Assembly: GCA_045651325.1 (NCBI GenBank)
Contig: JAZRSB010000021.1
Location: 10,603 to 42,602 of the forward strand
Direction: 5' to 3'
DNA length: 32,000 nt
Origin: Candidatus Spyradenecus sp.
GTDB lineage: Bacteria; Verrucomicrobiota; Verrucomicrobiia; Opitutales; UBA953
Shown: positions 17,864 through 25,829 of the stretch, one piece after another
Numbering within the stretch: the first letter of the stretch is position 1
Layout of the letters: the number at the start of each line of letters is the position of its first letter
The notes under the pieces: generated by a model
The model's input: only the letters and a program-made list of their open reading frames with translations
What the model was told of the DNA's origin: nothing
Databases searched by the model: none
Program-made: the position numbers and the translations under genes

Positions 17864-17893
17864 GATGGGTTTGTACTTAAGGGTGAATAAAAA

Positions 17894-18754
17894 TTATTTT
17901 GCGGGTTCCGTGGTGAGCGTTTCGTCTTCAAGCTCCTTTTGAGCTTCGGCGCGCAGGAATTCTTCTTCCGTCACCTTCGTATAAAGTTTCGAAACGGCGA
18001 TTTCCATGAGGTAGTCACGAGCGATAGAGTAGCCGTAGAACTTCACCATCTGCTCATTGGCCTCGAGGAATTTCTTCTCGTTCTCGGCGAACTGGGCTTC
18101 CGCCTTCTGCTTTTCTTCGCCTTCGGGCATTTTCTTGAGCACTTCGGCAGCCTGGCGCAGGTGATTACGCATCGCCTGCATCTTCTGGACATTCGTGCGG
18201 AATTCCAAATTGCCCTGCTCATTCGAAATTACGGAAACGCGACGGTACTTGTCATCGCCCTTAACCAAAAAGTCTTCGCCGACTTTGAGGTCCTTTCCCT
18301 CTTCCTTCATCTTCGCATACTCCTCTTCCGTGAGCTTCAGGTAGATGTAGGTTTCCACGGGAACATGGATATAATCGCGGGAAAGCGAATAGCCGTAGCT
18401 ATTCGCCATCGTCTGATCGCCCTTATTGAGCTCTTCCGTCAATTCCTTAATCTTTTCGTCCGTGGCCTTGCGTTCTTCTTCCGTGAAGGCCATTTTACGA
18501 TGTTCGTTGAGCTTAATCAGGGTTTGGCGCAACTGAGAGATAATCTGAACGTTACGTGCGAATTCCTGATTGGCCTCGACCGTGGAAAGAGTCGAGACAT
18601 GGAGAAACTTCAAACCGTTCTGTTCGATGTAATCCAACTTTGTTTCGACGGCACCGTCGTTACCGGAATTTGCGGGAGCCGGATCTTCGGCATAAACAAC
18701 GGCGGAAAGAGCAAAAGCCGTAGCGAGGACGGATAGGATATTTTTAATTTTCAT
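17894..18754 (-). CDS. Hypothetical secreted protein, internally duplicated module, paralog A (with signal peptide)
   Basis: Signal peptide is MKIKNILSVLATAFALSAVVYA|EDP. Two modules are each alignable to those of 17129..17863 (A1~B1, A2~B2): LDYIEQNGLKFLHVSTLSTVEAN..YGYSLSRDYI and DFLVKGDDKYRRVSVIS..YGYSIARDYLMEI..KLYTKVTEEEF. Confidence 0.65.
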   Translation of the reverse strand: MKIKNILSVLATAFALSAVVYAEDPAPANSGNDGAVETKLDYIEQNGLKFLHVSTLSTVEANQEFARNVQIISQLRQTLIKLNEHRKMAFTEEERKATDEKIKELTEELNKGDQTMANSYGYSLSRDYIHVPVETYIYLKLTEEEYAKMKEEGKDLKVGEDFLVKGDDKYRRVSVISNEQGNLEFRTNVQKMQAMRNHLRQAAEVLKKMPEGEEKQKAEAQFAENEKKFLEANEQMVKFYGYSIARDYLMEIAVSKLYTKVTEEEFLRAEAQKELEDETLTTEPAK

Positions 18755-18787
18755 AAGCTTGTAATCGAATGATAAAACTCGCGTTCA

Positions 18788-18816
18788 ACAATACGCTTAA
18801 AAAGTATTCTGTTCAA
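18788..18816 (-). promoter_or_regulatory. Probable sigma70-type promoter for the paralog pair
   Basis: Minus strand reads TTGAAC (18816..18811), a 17-nt spacer, then TATTGT (18793..18788). It lies about 34 nt upstream of the ATG at 18754 and immediately after the secretin terminator. Confidence 0.4.
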
Positions 18817-18839
18817 GATATTTTGCGAAATTTAAAGAT

Positions 18840-18875
18840 AAAAGCAGGGCGAGTCCGAAGACCCGCCCTGCTTTT
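18840..18875 (-). terminator. Rho-independent terminator after the secretin gene
   Basis: Minus strand reads AAAAGCAGGGCGGGTC-TTCG-GACTCGCCCTGCTTTT. This is a long GC-rich stem with one mismatch, a TTCG loop and a trailing T-run, 14 nt after the secretin stop. Confidence 0.75.
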
Positions 18876-18888
18876 GCAAACCTCTCTC

Positions 18889-21849
18889 TTATTGGAGGCC
18901 CGTGTTTTCGTCCGCAACCGGTACCGTGTCGTAATCGCGGTAAATCGGTCCCGAAGAAATGAAGAGGCTCGGATTCGAGTAGGTCGATCCCGTTTGGACG
19001 CCCTTGAAGAGACCGTCTTCCGTTCCTCCGCCGCGAGCCATGAGGTTGGCCGTAACGAAGATGAGGAGATTCTTCTTCGTGATGGACTTGCCCGTCGAAC
19101 GGAAGGCAGAGCCGATGAGCGGCAAATCGCCGAGAACCGGAACCTTATCGTTGACCGTGCGGATTTCTTCGCGCGTCAAGCCACCGATAACAATCGTACC
19201 GCCGTCGTAAACTTCCACCGTCGTGGAAACCTGACGGAGATTGAAGACCGGCTGGAAGAAGCCTGCCGGCGTCGTAACAACGATACCGCCCGCAATTGCA
19301 ACGGCCGTTCCGCCGTATTCGATGAAGCCTTCGAATTCCTTGATTTCCGGAGAAAGCTCAAGCGTAATCGACTTTTCCGTGTTGTTCACACGCGGAAGGA
19401 CGCGCATCTGAATACCGACTTCGGTCGCTTCTTCGTCGAACTGCGGCGTACCCGGCGTAATACCGACGGAAGCATTTCCGTAGCCGCTGTTGTTATTGTT
19501 ATTGTCGTTGTTGTAGCTGTTGCTGCCGCTGACGGAAATTTCCATGTCGTCATAGGACTGCGGCCAACGGAGGAGCTGGACGATCTTAATCGTTGCTTCC
19601 ATTTCCGATTGAACCGTGAGGCTCGGAGCCGCCATGAGGTCCGTTCCGTCGCGTGCGCTGAGCGCGTTCAGGATGAGACGGAGGTCGTAGTTGCCGACCG
19701 TTCCGATAACCCCCGTAAAGGTCGGGAGCGTGTCGATCCCGTAGTTGGGCTGACGCGTCACCTGCGGCGGTTTCTGTGCGAATTCCTTTTCCGAGGCTTC
19801 CTTACCCGGGTGGAAGACACCGTCTTCATCCGTGTATTCGTCCGTCGGCGGCGTGTAAATGAGCGTCTTGGAGTCTTCGGAAATCGTGGCGTGCGCACCG
19901 GCAACCGTACGATTGTTCGTCGTTGCACGCGTGAACATGTCATTGCCTTCACCGCGCGTCAGAGCCCAGTTCGTAACGACCTGGTTCAAGACCGTGCTGT
20001 TGACTTCGATAAACTTCGCTTCGATGTTGACCTGCTTCGTTTCCGCCGTGCTCAAGCTGCGGAGGATGTTACGGATACGGTCCATACCCTTGCGGTCCTG
20101 CGTAACGATGAGAAGATTGGAGGTCGCATCGTAAACGAGCGAGCGGTCACCTTCCCAGTTAACACCGGCGCGGGCCAAGAAGTTCTTGATGCCGATTTCT
20201 TCAGCGTTTTCTTCGGCGACTTCTTCGCCGGAGACGCCGAAGGGGCTGCTGGCACCCGCCGAGGAGGTTTTCTTGCCGGCCATGCGGGCAACCACCTTCG
20301 GGGAAACCGTGAATTCTTCCTGGTCAAGACCTGCGGAACCGATATTCGGCGTAACTTCGACGATGCCGTCCTTGTTCACGTCGTAGCGGTAGCCGACCGT
20401 GCTGAGCATGGTCTTCAACACCTTGTCCATCGGCTGGCTCTTCATCTGCAGATTGACGAGCGGCGGATTCTTATTTTCCGGGTCGATGAGGACGATGTCG
20501 ATACCGCGTCCGACCGGGTCATTAATCACCGAGAGTTCGGAAATCGTGTCGATTGCACGCTGGAGCGGAGCGTCACGCAACGTGACGGCAACGTTGATGC
20601 GCGACATCTTGGCTTCGACCGGATTCGTCTTTTCTTCCGAATCGTCAACGGCGGCGACAGCCGTAAAGGGCATCGCGAGTTTCCACTTTTCGCGGACGTC
20701 CGCAAACATCGTTTCGCGGGTCAGCTCGTGGTTGTATTCGCCCGAATTTGCGAGAATCTTACGGATGCGGATCTGCATCGCCTTGGCTTCCGCATTGTCC
20801 GGCATGTAGAGCAAGGCCTTCTGATAGCTTTCGAGAGCGCTCAGGTAGTCGCCGTACTGGTACTGGGCCTTCCCGCGGAGGAGCGCTTCCTTGCATTCCT
20901 GCTGGGCGCGAATGGCGGTCGGGTTCAGGGTTTCCGGGTTTTGGGCATCGGCCGTGCTACGCCATTCCTGATAGAATGCGGCAAGCTGCTTGTAAATTTT
21001 GTGTTCCTTGCCGAGGAGTTCTTCCACCATCTTCATGTAGGAAGCGGCTTCAACGGCGGAGCGGCGTTCAACCATGTCGAAGAAGTAGCCGGAGTAAACG
21101 AGTGCGCGTTCTTCGTCAATTTCCTTGGAAACTTCGGCGGTCGAGGAAACGTTCGGGAGGAGGAGCTTCGCTTCGTCCAAAGACTTAATCGCTTCGGCAA
21201 GCATGTGGCGGGAGCGTTCTTCCTTCGCACGGGAGAGGGAGCGGCGCGATGCCAACGTGCTTTCGCGGATGGCTTCGCGTTCGGCAGCCGTCATTTCTTC
21301 GGCGAGTTGAGCCGGGTCGAGCTTCGTCATCGCCAGCTGAGCCGCTTGACGGGCGACCGCAATCTTGTCGAAATACGGGCGGGATGCCGGGGTCTTCGGC
21401 AATGCGCTCTGGATGTCGGCCAAGAGGCGCAGTGCGCGTTCCGGATCGGTCGGAGCGAGGAATTCGGCTTGCATGATGGCCGCTTCGGCTTCGCGGTAAA
21501 TCGCATTGCGCTGCTGAATGATGCGTTCGAATTCGCTCTTCGGCGCACCTTCGGTTCCCGCCGTCGCCGCCGACTTAATGTCACGGAGTGCGAGTTCCGC
21601 TTCCGCGAGACGTCCCTTAGCCTGCTCGTTGTTCGGATCAAGCTTCAGGAAGGCGCGATACTTTTCGATTGCGACATCGAACTTCTGTTCGGACGCAGCG
21701 CTTTCCGCCTCGAGGTAAAGCTTGGCTTTGAGTTGATCGTTATCCTCACCTTCTGCAAACGCGCTCGGAGACGCGACAACCGCGCCTGCGAGGGCGGTCG
21801 TGATGAAAGCGGAGGAAATGACTTTTTGGATGCGCAACTGGTTTTTCAT
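18889..21849 (-). CDS. Outer-membrane secretin (PilQ/GspD superfamily) fused to a ~400-aa N-terminal TPR/helical domain; Amuc_1098-type by position
   Basis: Signal peptide is ...AGAVVASPSAFA|EGE. Helical TPR-like repeats include KYRAFLKLDPNNEQAKGRL and YLSALESYQKALLYMPDNAEAK. An N0/STN-like domain is INVAVTLRDAPLQRAIDTISELS. The canonical secretin core is VSTTVEVYDGGTIVIGGLTREEIRTVNDKVPVLGDLPLIGSAFRSTGKSITKKNLLIFVTANLM. Confidence 0.9.
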   Translation of the reverse strand: MKNQLRIQKVISSAFITTALAGAVVASPSAFAEGEDNDQLKAKLYLEAESAASEQKFDVAIEKYRAFLKLDPNNEQAKGRLAEAELALRDIKSAATAGTEGAPKSEFERIIQQRNAIYREAEAAIMQAEFLAPTDPERALRLLADIQSALPKTPASRPYFDKIAVARQAAQLAMTKLDPAQLAEEMTAAEREAIRESTLASRRSLSRAKEERSRHMLAEAIKSLDEAKLLLPNVSSTAEVSKEIDEERALVYSGYFFDMVERRSAVEAASYMKMVEELLGKEHKIYKQLAAFYQEWRSTADAQNPETLNPTAIRAQQECKEALLRGKAQYQYGDYLSALESYQKALLYMPDNAEAKAMQIRIRKILANSGEYNHELTRETMFADVREKWKLAMPFTAVAAVDDSEEKTNPVEAKMSRINVAVTLRDAPLQRAIDTISELSVINDPVGRGIDIVLIDPENKNPPLVNLQMKSQPMDKVLKTMLSTVGYRYDVNKDGIVEVTPNIGSAGLDQEEFTVSPKVVARMAGKKTSSAGASSPFGVSGEEVAEENAEEIGIKNFLARAGVNWEGDRSLVYDATSNLLIVTQDRKGMDRIRNILRSLSTAETKQVNIEAKFIEVNSTVLNQVVTNWALTRGEGNDMFTRATTNNRTVAGAHATISEDSKTLIYTPPTDEYTDEDGVFHPGKEASEKEFAQKPPQVTRQPNYGIDTLPTFTGVIGTVGNYDLRLILNALSARDGTDLMAAPSLTVQSEMEATIKIVQLLRWPQSYDDMEISVSGSNSYNNDNNNNNSGYGNASVGITPGTPQFDEEATEVGIQMRVLPRVNNTEKSITLELSPEIKEFEGFIEYGGTAVAIAGGIVVTTPAGFFQPVFNLRQVSTTVEVYDGGTIVIGGLTREEIRTVNDKVPVLGDLPLIGSAFRSTGKSITKKNLLIFVTANLMARGGGTEDGLFKGVQTGSTYSNPSLFISSGPIYRDYDTVPVADENTGLQ

Positions 21850-21912
21850 GCGGGGCCAATTCGAGTTAAGTGGTTTATCAGAGCTGGGGTCTGGTTGAAA
21901 TTTCGGGTTAAA

Positions 21913-22923
21913 TTATCGTGCGAGGTCTAAAACAACTTGGCGAACCTTGGGGCGCTTCGATTTGCCGTTAGACTCCGATTGTTTGGTTATTGTTGCCTGT
22001 TGAGCGGAAATGTCAACAATTTTGACAAAATAAGTTGCACTTCCCGCTTGGAACGAAGGCTCATTTCCGAGAGAAACCCACGGTTCGGCGGAAGATTCGC
22101 GCGTCATGAGCTCGATTTCGGGCTTTTCCGCTCCGGCGACGAAGGTTTCGCGGTAGCGCCACTCGCGGGAGGAGAACTCGTCGCGGAAAACCGCTTCGAC
22201 GCGGGAGGCGTCGCGGACGAATTCCTCAAGAGCGCGGAACTCTTTATCCTTGTCTTCGTGGTCAACAAAGGTCGCCATATACTTTGTATAGAACGTACCG
22301 TCACCGCTTTCGCTTTCGCCGCGAACGATTTTGAAATCCTTCAGAGCGACGTTTTGTCCGGCGATTTCCGCGGGGCGGCGCGGAGTCAAGGAAATAATCG
22401 TACGTCCTTCGAGTTCTTCCTTGCTCATTTTGACGCCCGCGATACGGCGGAAGTCCACGGAAGCTTCACCGCCCTTGGGATCGGCGAATTTCACGAAGGT
22501 CTGGAAAGCGGTTCCCTTGCCGTCGGCGTTTTTAACGCGGCGCGGCGGCACATCGGACGAGCAGGCAGCGACGCGCAGGCGGGAAAGCGGATTTTCCATC
22601 GACACGAGGCTGATTCCGAAAGGTTCTTCCGGCGGGACGGGCAATTCCTTGGCGATGTATTTCTTTTCCCCGGAGAGCCAGGTCGTTTCCGGCGTGGAGA
22701 ACAGGTCGTAGTTCCATCCCGTTTCCATGTCCAGACTCGGCGAGTTCCATTTTTCGGGAGCGGCGGCAAAAGACTTGTCATCCTTCCATGCGGCGAAGGC
22801 GGAGCCCGAGGGCTTCAGGGAGCCCCCCGATTTGGCTTCCGGCTTCATTCCGAGATAAACGCCGAAACCGGCAAGGCAGGCGACCAAACCCAAAATAAAA
22901 ACAATCTTATCGTAATGCTTCAT
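21913..22923 (-). CDS. Membrane-anchored periplasmic protein in the PilP position (Amuc_1099-type by position); function unknown
   Basis: The N-terminal TM anchor is MKHYDKIVFILGLVACLAGFGVYLG, followed by a soluble beta-rich region. It sits 63 nt upstream of the secretin and 12 nt downstream of the preceding gene. I recognise no motif. Confidence 0.55.
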   Translation of the reverse strand: MKHYDKIVFILGLVACLAGFGVYLGMKPEAKSGGSLKPSGSAFAAWKDDKSFAAAPEKWNSPSLDMETGWNYDLFSTPETTWLSGEKKYIAKELPVPPEEPFGISLVSMENPLSRLRVAACSSDVPPRRVKNADGKGTAFQTFVKFADPKGGEASVDFRRIAGVKMSKEELEGRTIISLTPRRPAEIAGQNVALKDFKIVRGESESGDGTFYTKYMATFVDHEDKDKEFRALEEFVRDASRVEAVFRDEFSSREWRYRETFVAGAEKPEIELMTRESSAEPWVSLGNEPSFQAGSATYFVKIVDISAQQATITKQSESNGKSKRPKVRQVVLDLAR

Positions 22924-22935
22924 TGTGAAAACTTT

Positions 22936-24048
22936 CTATTCGGATTTTTGAGTCTCTTCCTTTTCTTCCTTCTTCTGTCCCTTCGGCGTGATGTATTCCA
23001 AGGTGACGGTAAACAGTTCCGGAACATTTTCCACGATAACCCGGCGGGCGGGCACACGCGGAGCGCTCGCCTGCTCAACGGCGGTAACGGCCGTACCGGC
23101 TCCGAAGAGGTCAAACGGATTGACGGAGGCCGGGGCTGCGACAGCCGGGCCCGACGCGGGAGCATTTTTCGGCGGAAGCATGTCCGGCGTAGCGCGCGAC
23201 GCCTCAATGTCACGCACATAAATCGGATACGATTCGAGGCGTTGCATGAACTTACGCAACACGCCGGTGTCGCCGACAAAAGCGATGCGGAATGCGAGCG
23301 CGTCAACAGCCCGGTCGCGGCGGAGCGACTGGTAGCTTACTTCCTTCGACGCGGCATCCGAAAGTTTCACAAAGCCGGTATCGCCGGATTCGGCAATCGC
23401 ATCCACGACGATTTCGTCGCGTTGCAGCGAGCGGCGTTGCACCTGCGAAAGTTCGAGGCCTTCGCGCGCCATCGCCATCAGCTTCAGATAGGTCGTATCC
23501 GAAGCGGCAAGCACGTTAGCGGCACGCAATTCGCGCTCGTTGTCCTCACGGGCTTCGACAAGCGTCTTCAGCAATGCGCCCGTAACGGCGGCTTCAAGAT
23601 CCAATTTTTCCAGTTTATCCGCCGGAGCGCTTTCGTTTGCGACGAGGTAACGGGAGAAACCGAATCCGCGCGTTGCCGGCGCCAATTCCACATGCTGCTC
23701 TTCGCAGAGGCGCGTCCAATCGCGGTTACGCTCCGTCAGCAGAGACATAAACTGGGTGGCATCGCCCTTGAAGAATGTTTCGAGACGCTTGGGCTGCAGA
23801 AGCGTTCCCACGCGCACCTTCATCGAGTCCTTCAGAGCTTCAATCGAGGCCGTCCCCTGCTCGAGGTTTTCTTCGGAAAGCGCGAGCGTCTTGCGCTTCA
23901 CCAGCTTGTCGAGTTTCTTTTTATTTTTCTCGATCGCCGCTTCTTTCTTTCCGTTGTCGAGCATGGTCGAAACCGAAACGGCGAGTCCGCCGACAAACAC
24001 GATTCCGCAGAGAGCCAAAATCAGGATTAGAGGTAAATTTTTCTTCAT
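22936..24048 (-). CDS. Membrane-anchored coiled-coil protein in the PilO position; architecture resembles the Akkermansia Amuc_1100 family
   Basis: It has an N-terminal TM anchor (MKKNLPLILILALCGIVFVGGLAV), a coiled coil and an alpha/beta domain (AFRIAFVGDTGVLRKFMQRLESYPIYVRDIE). These are followed by an Ala/Pro-rich linker and a short terminal beta segment plus a Lys/Glu tail. This is the same domain order I recall for Amuc_1100. Its start lies 3 nt after the PilM/N gene stop. Confidence 0.6.
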   Translation of the reverse strand: MKKNLPLILILALCGIVFVGGLAVSVSTMLDNGKKEAAIEKNKKKLDKLVKRKTLALSEENLEQGTASIEALKDSMKVRVGTLLQPKRLETFFKGDATQFMSLLTERNRDWTRLCEEQHVELAPATRGFGFSRYLVANESAPADKLEKLDLEAAVTGALLKTLVEAREDNERELRAANVLAASDTTYLKLMAMAREGLELSQVQRRSLQRDEIVVDAIAESGDTGFVKLSDAASKEVSYQSLRRDRAVDALAFRIAFVGDTGVLRKFMQRLESYPIYVRDIEASRATPDMLPPKNAPASGPAVAAPASVNPFDLFGAGTAVTAVEQASAPRVPARRVIVENVPELFTVTLEYITPKGQKKEEKEETQKSE

Positions 24049-24051
24049 GGC

Positions 24052-25797
24052 TTAAAGTCCTTTGTCGGATTTGATACGGAGCGTAAGTGTCAGGGTCGGC
24101 AGATTCGGCTTGGAGAAGTCCGGCTTGTCCTTGATTTTCACGCTTTTATCAACGAATTCAGATGCCTTCAGCGATTCGAGAATCAGGTTGCGGCGCGCTT
24201 CGAAAACGCTGGAATTGTGTTCCGGATTATCGGCATCGACTTCCGGAATCAGCATCGCAAATTTGATTTCGACATCGCAAACGACGCCGGCGGGATTTTC
24301 TCCGTCCGCTTTTTTGAGCGAGCGGCGTACAGCCAACGAATCGAGCCAGATGTGGCGATCCGACGAGAAAATCGTTTCGCCCTCTTCGCCGGTAGCGGTG
24401 CGCGTCTGCAGGCGCGTCAGGCAGGCCTGTCCGTCCGCCATAAAGTCGTTCCAGCGGAAGCGCTTGTCGAGCACGGAGAACACTTCGTCCAGATAAGCCT
24501 TCATCTTCCGGCTCTGTTCGTCCAAATTGGTGAGTTGTTCTTCGCGGTCTTCGAGAACCCGAATCTGCTTCGCTTGGGCCGCACGCATATTTTCGAGCGT
24601 CGCGCCGACATCCGAGAGGTGCATCCAAACCGGCCACGGAGCAAGCGCCAGGAAGACGCCGGCAAGCGCCAGGAAAGGCATCTTCTTCTTGAAATCAAGT
24701 TCCTTGGCGATTTCCGGCGGAAGCAGATTGACGCCTTCGATGCCCGGCATAACGAGCGCGGAGGCTTCGCCGATTACTTCCTGCAACTCAAAGCGTTCGT
24801 TGAAGACCTTGTCCGTGTCCACGCCGGAAGCGCAGGAAAGAAGCGGGGTCACGTCGAGCACTTCGACGGGAACGCGCTGCAGTTCCGACAGTTTCTTCGC
24901 CATGTCCGGCAGGAGCGAACCGCGGCCGGAAATGAAAATTTTCTTCGGACCGACCCCGCCGTTCGCGCGCTTGAACGCGATGAGACGGCGCGTAATGTCT
25001 TGGCTGAGGCGACGGATGAACGAATCCGCAGCCGCAAGAATCGTCGCAGGCACGGGGTCGTCGTACGAGAAGCGGGCCGTTTCCGTAAAATACGCGATTT
25101 TTTTCTGCTCGGCCGCCTGGAATGCAACCCCGGTCGCTTCGGCAAGTTTTTGCGTCACGTAATTGCCGCCGAGACCGATATTGTTGATATCGAAACCGTT
25201 TTCGGTGACAAAGGTGAGATTGGTCGTGTGGGCGCCGACATTGACGATGAGCGCCGGGCCGACGTCTTCCCCGCCCTGCGAGAGCAGGTAACGGTAAGCC
25301 TGAACGTCGAGATTCGTTGCCGGCTGAATCGTGTCGGGAACAATCTTGGCTTCCTTGATGAGCAGGTTTGTAAAGCGTACGATTTCGGTCCGCTTCAAAG
25401 CGAAAATAACGACGCTTTCTTCAACGCCGTCGGAAGCGATAACCTGGCTTCCCCAAACGAGTTCTTCCAGCGGGAAGGGGAAGTTGCTCCGGGCTTCAAA
25501 CGCAATAACGCCTTCACGCTTCGAGGCTTCCACCTGCGGAACACGGACATTGCGGGTCAGCAGGAGCTGGCCGGGGGCAATGACCACGATTTCGCCCTTC
25601 GGCTTCATCGTCGAGAAGATATTGCGCAACGCATTTGTCGCCGCAACCGGCCATTCCTCTTTTTCCGTGTAGTTGTAAACAAGATTTTCGACGACGAGCT
25701 TTTCAAGCACCAGAGACCCCGCATCCGCAGAAAATACGGAAACGGAGACCTGCGTCGTCCCGCAGTTAATTATAGTTTTTGTCGCATTACTGCCCAT
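24052..25797 (-). CDS. PilM-like actin-fold ATPase fused to a PilN-like TM/periplasmic segment (Amuc_1101-type by position)
   Basis: Residues 1-355 form the ASKHA/PilM pattern: IINCGTTQVSVSVF, LIVNVGAHTTNLTFV, IGLGGNYVTQKLAE, IFISGRGSLLPDMAKKLSE. Next come the PilN signature VNLLPPEI, a TM helix (MPFLALAGVFLALAPWPVWM), a coiled coil and a C-terminal alpha/beta domain. Confidence 0.8.
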   Translation of the reverse strand: MGSNATKTIINCGTTQVSVSVFSADAGSLVLEKLVVENLVYNYTEKEEWPVAATNALRNIFSTMKPKGEIVVIAPGQLLLTRNVRVPQVEASKREGVIAFEARSNFPFPLEELVWGSQVIASDGVEESVVIFALKRTEIVRFTNLLIKEAKIVPDTIQPATNLDVQAYRYLLSQGGEDVGPALIVNVGAHTTNLTFVTENGFDINNIGLGGNYVTQKLAEATGVAFQAAEQKKIAYFTETARFSYDDPVPATILAAADSFIRRLSQDITRRLIAFKRANGGVGPKKIFISGRGSLLPDMAKKLSELQRVPVEVLDVTPLLSCASGVDTDKVFNERFELQEVIGEASALVMPGIEGVNLLPPEIAKELDFKKKMPFLALAGVFLALAPWPVWMHLSDVGATLENMRAAQAKQIRVLEDREEQLTNLDEQSRKMKAYLDEVFSVLDKRFRWNDFMADGQACLTRLQTRTATGEEGETIFSSDRHIWLDSLAVRRSLKKADGENPAGVVCDVEIKFAMLIPEVDADNPEHNSSVFEARRNLILESLKASEFVDKSVKIKDKPDFSKPNLPTLTLTLRIKSDKGL

Positions 25798-25829
25798 AGG
25801 ACGTATCGAGAAGAGTTTAAGTAAAGGAA

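Noticed and set aside
21937-24030. 697-aa plus-strand ORF, and similar ORFs at 24217..25824 (+), 2943..4376 (+), 8751..10319 (-) and 13777..15603 (-)
   Set aside because: Same explanation. Each lies opposite a gene with clear domain signatures or signal/TM features. The products have low-complexity Arg/Gly/Phe-rich composition, and some span two or more real genes plus their spacers.
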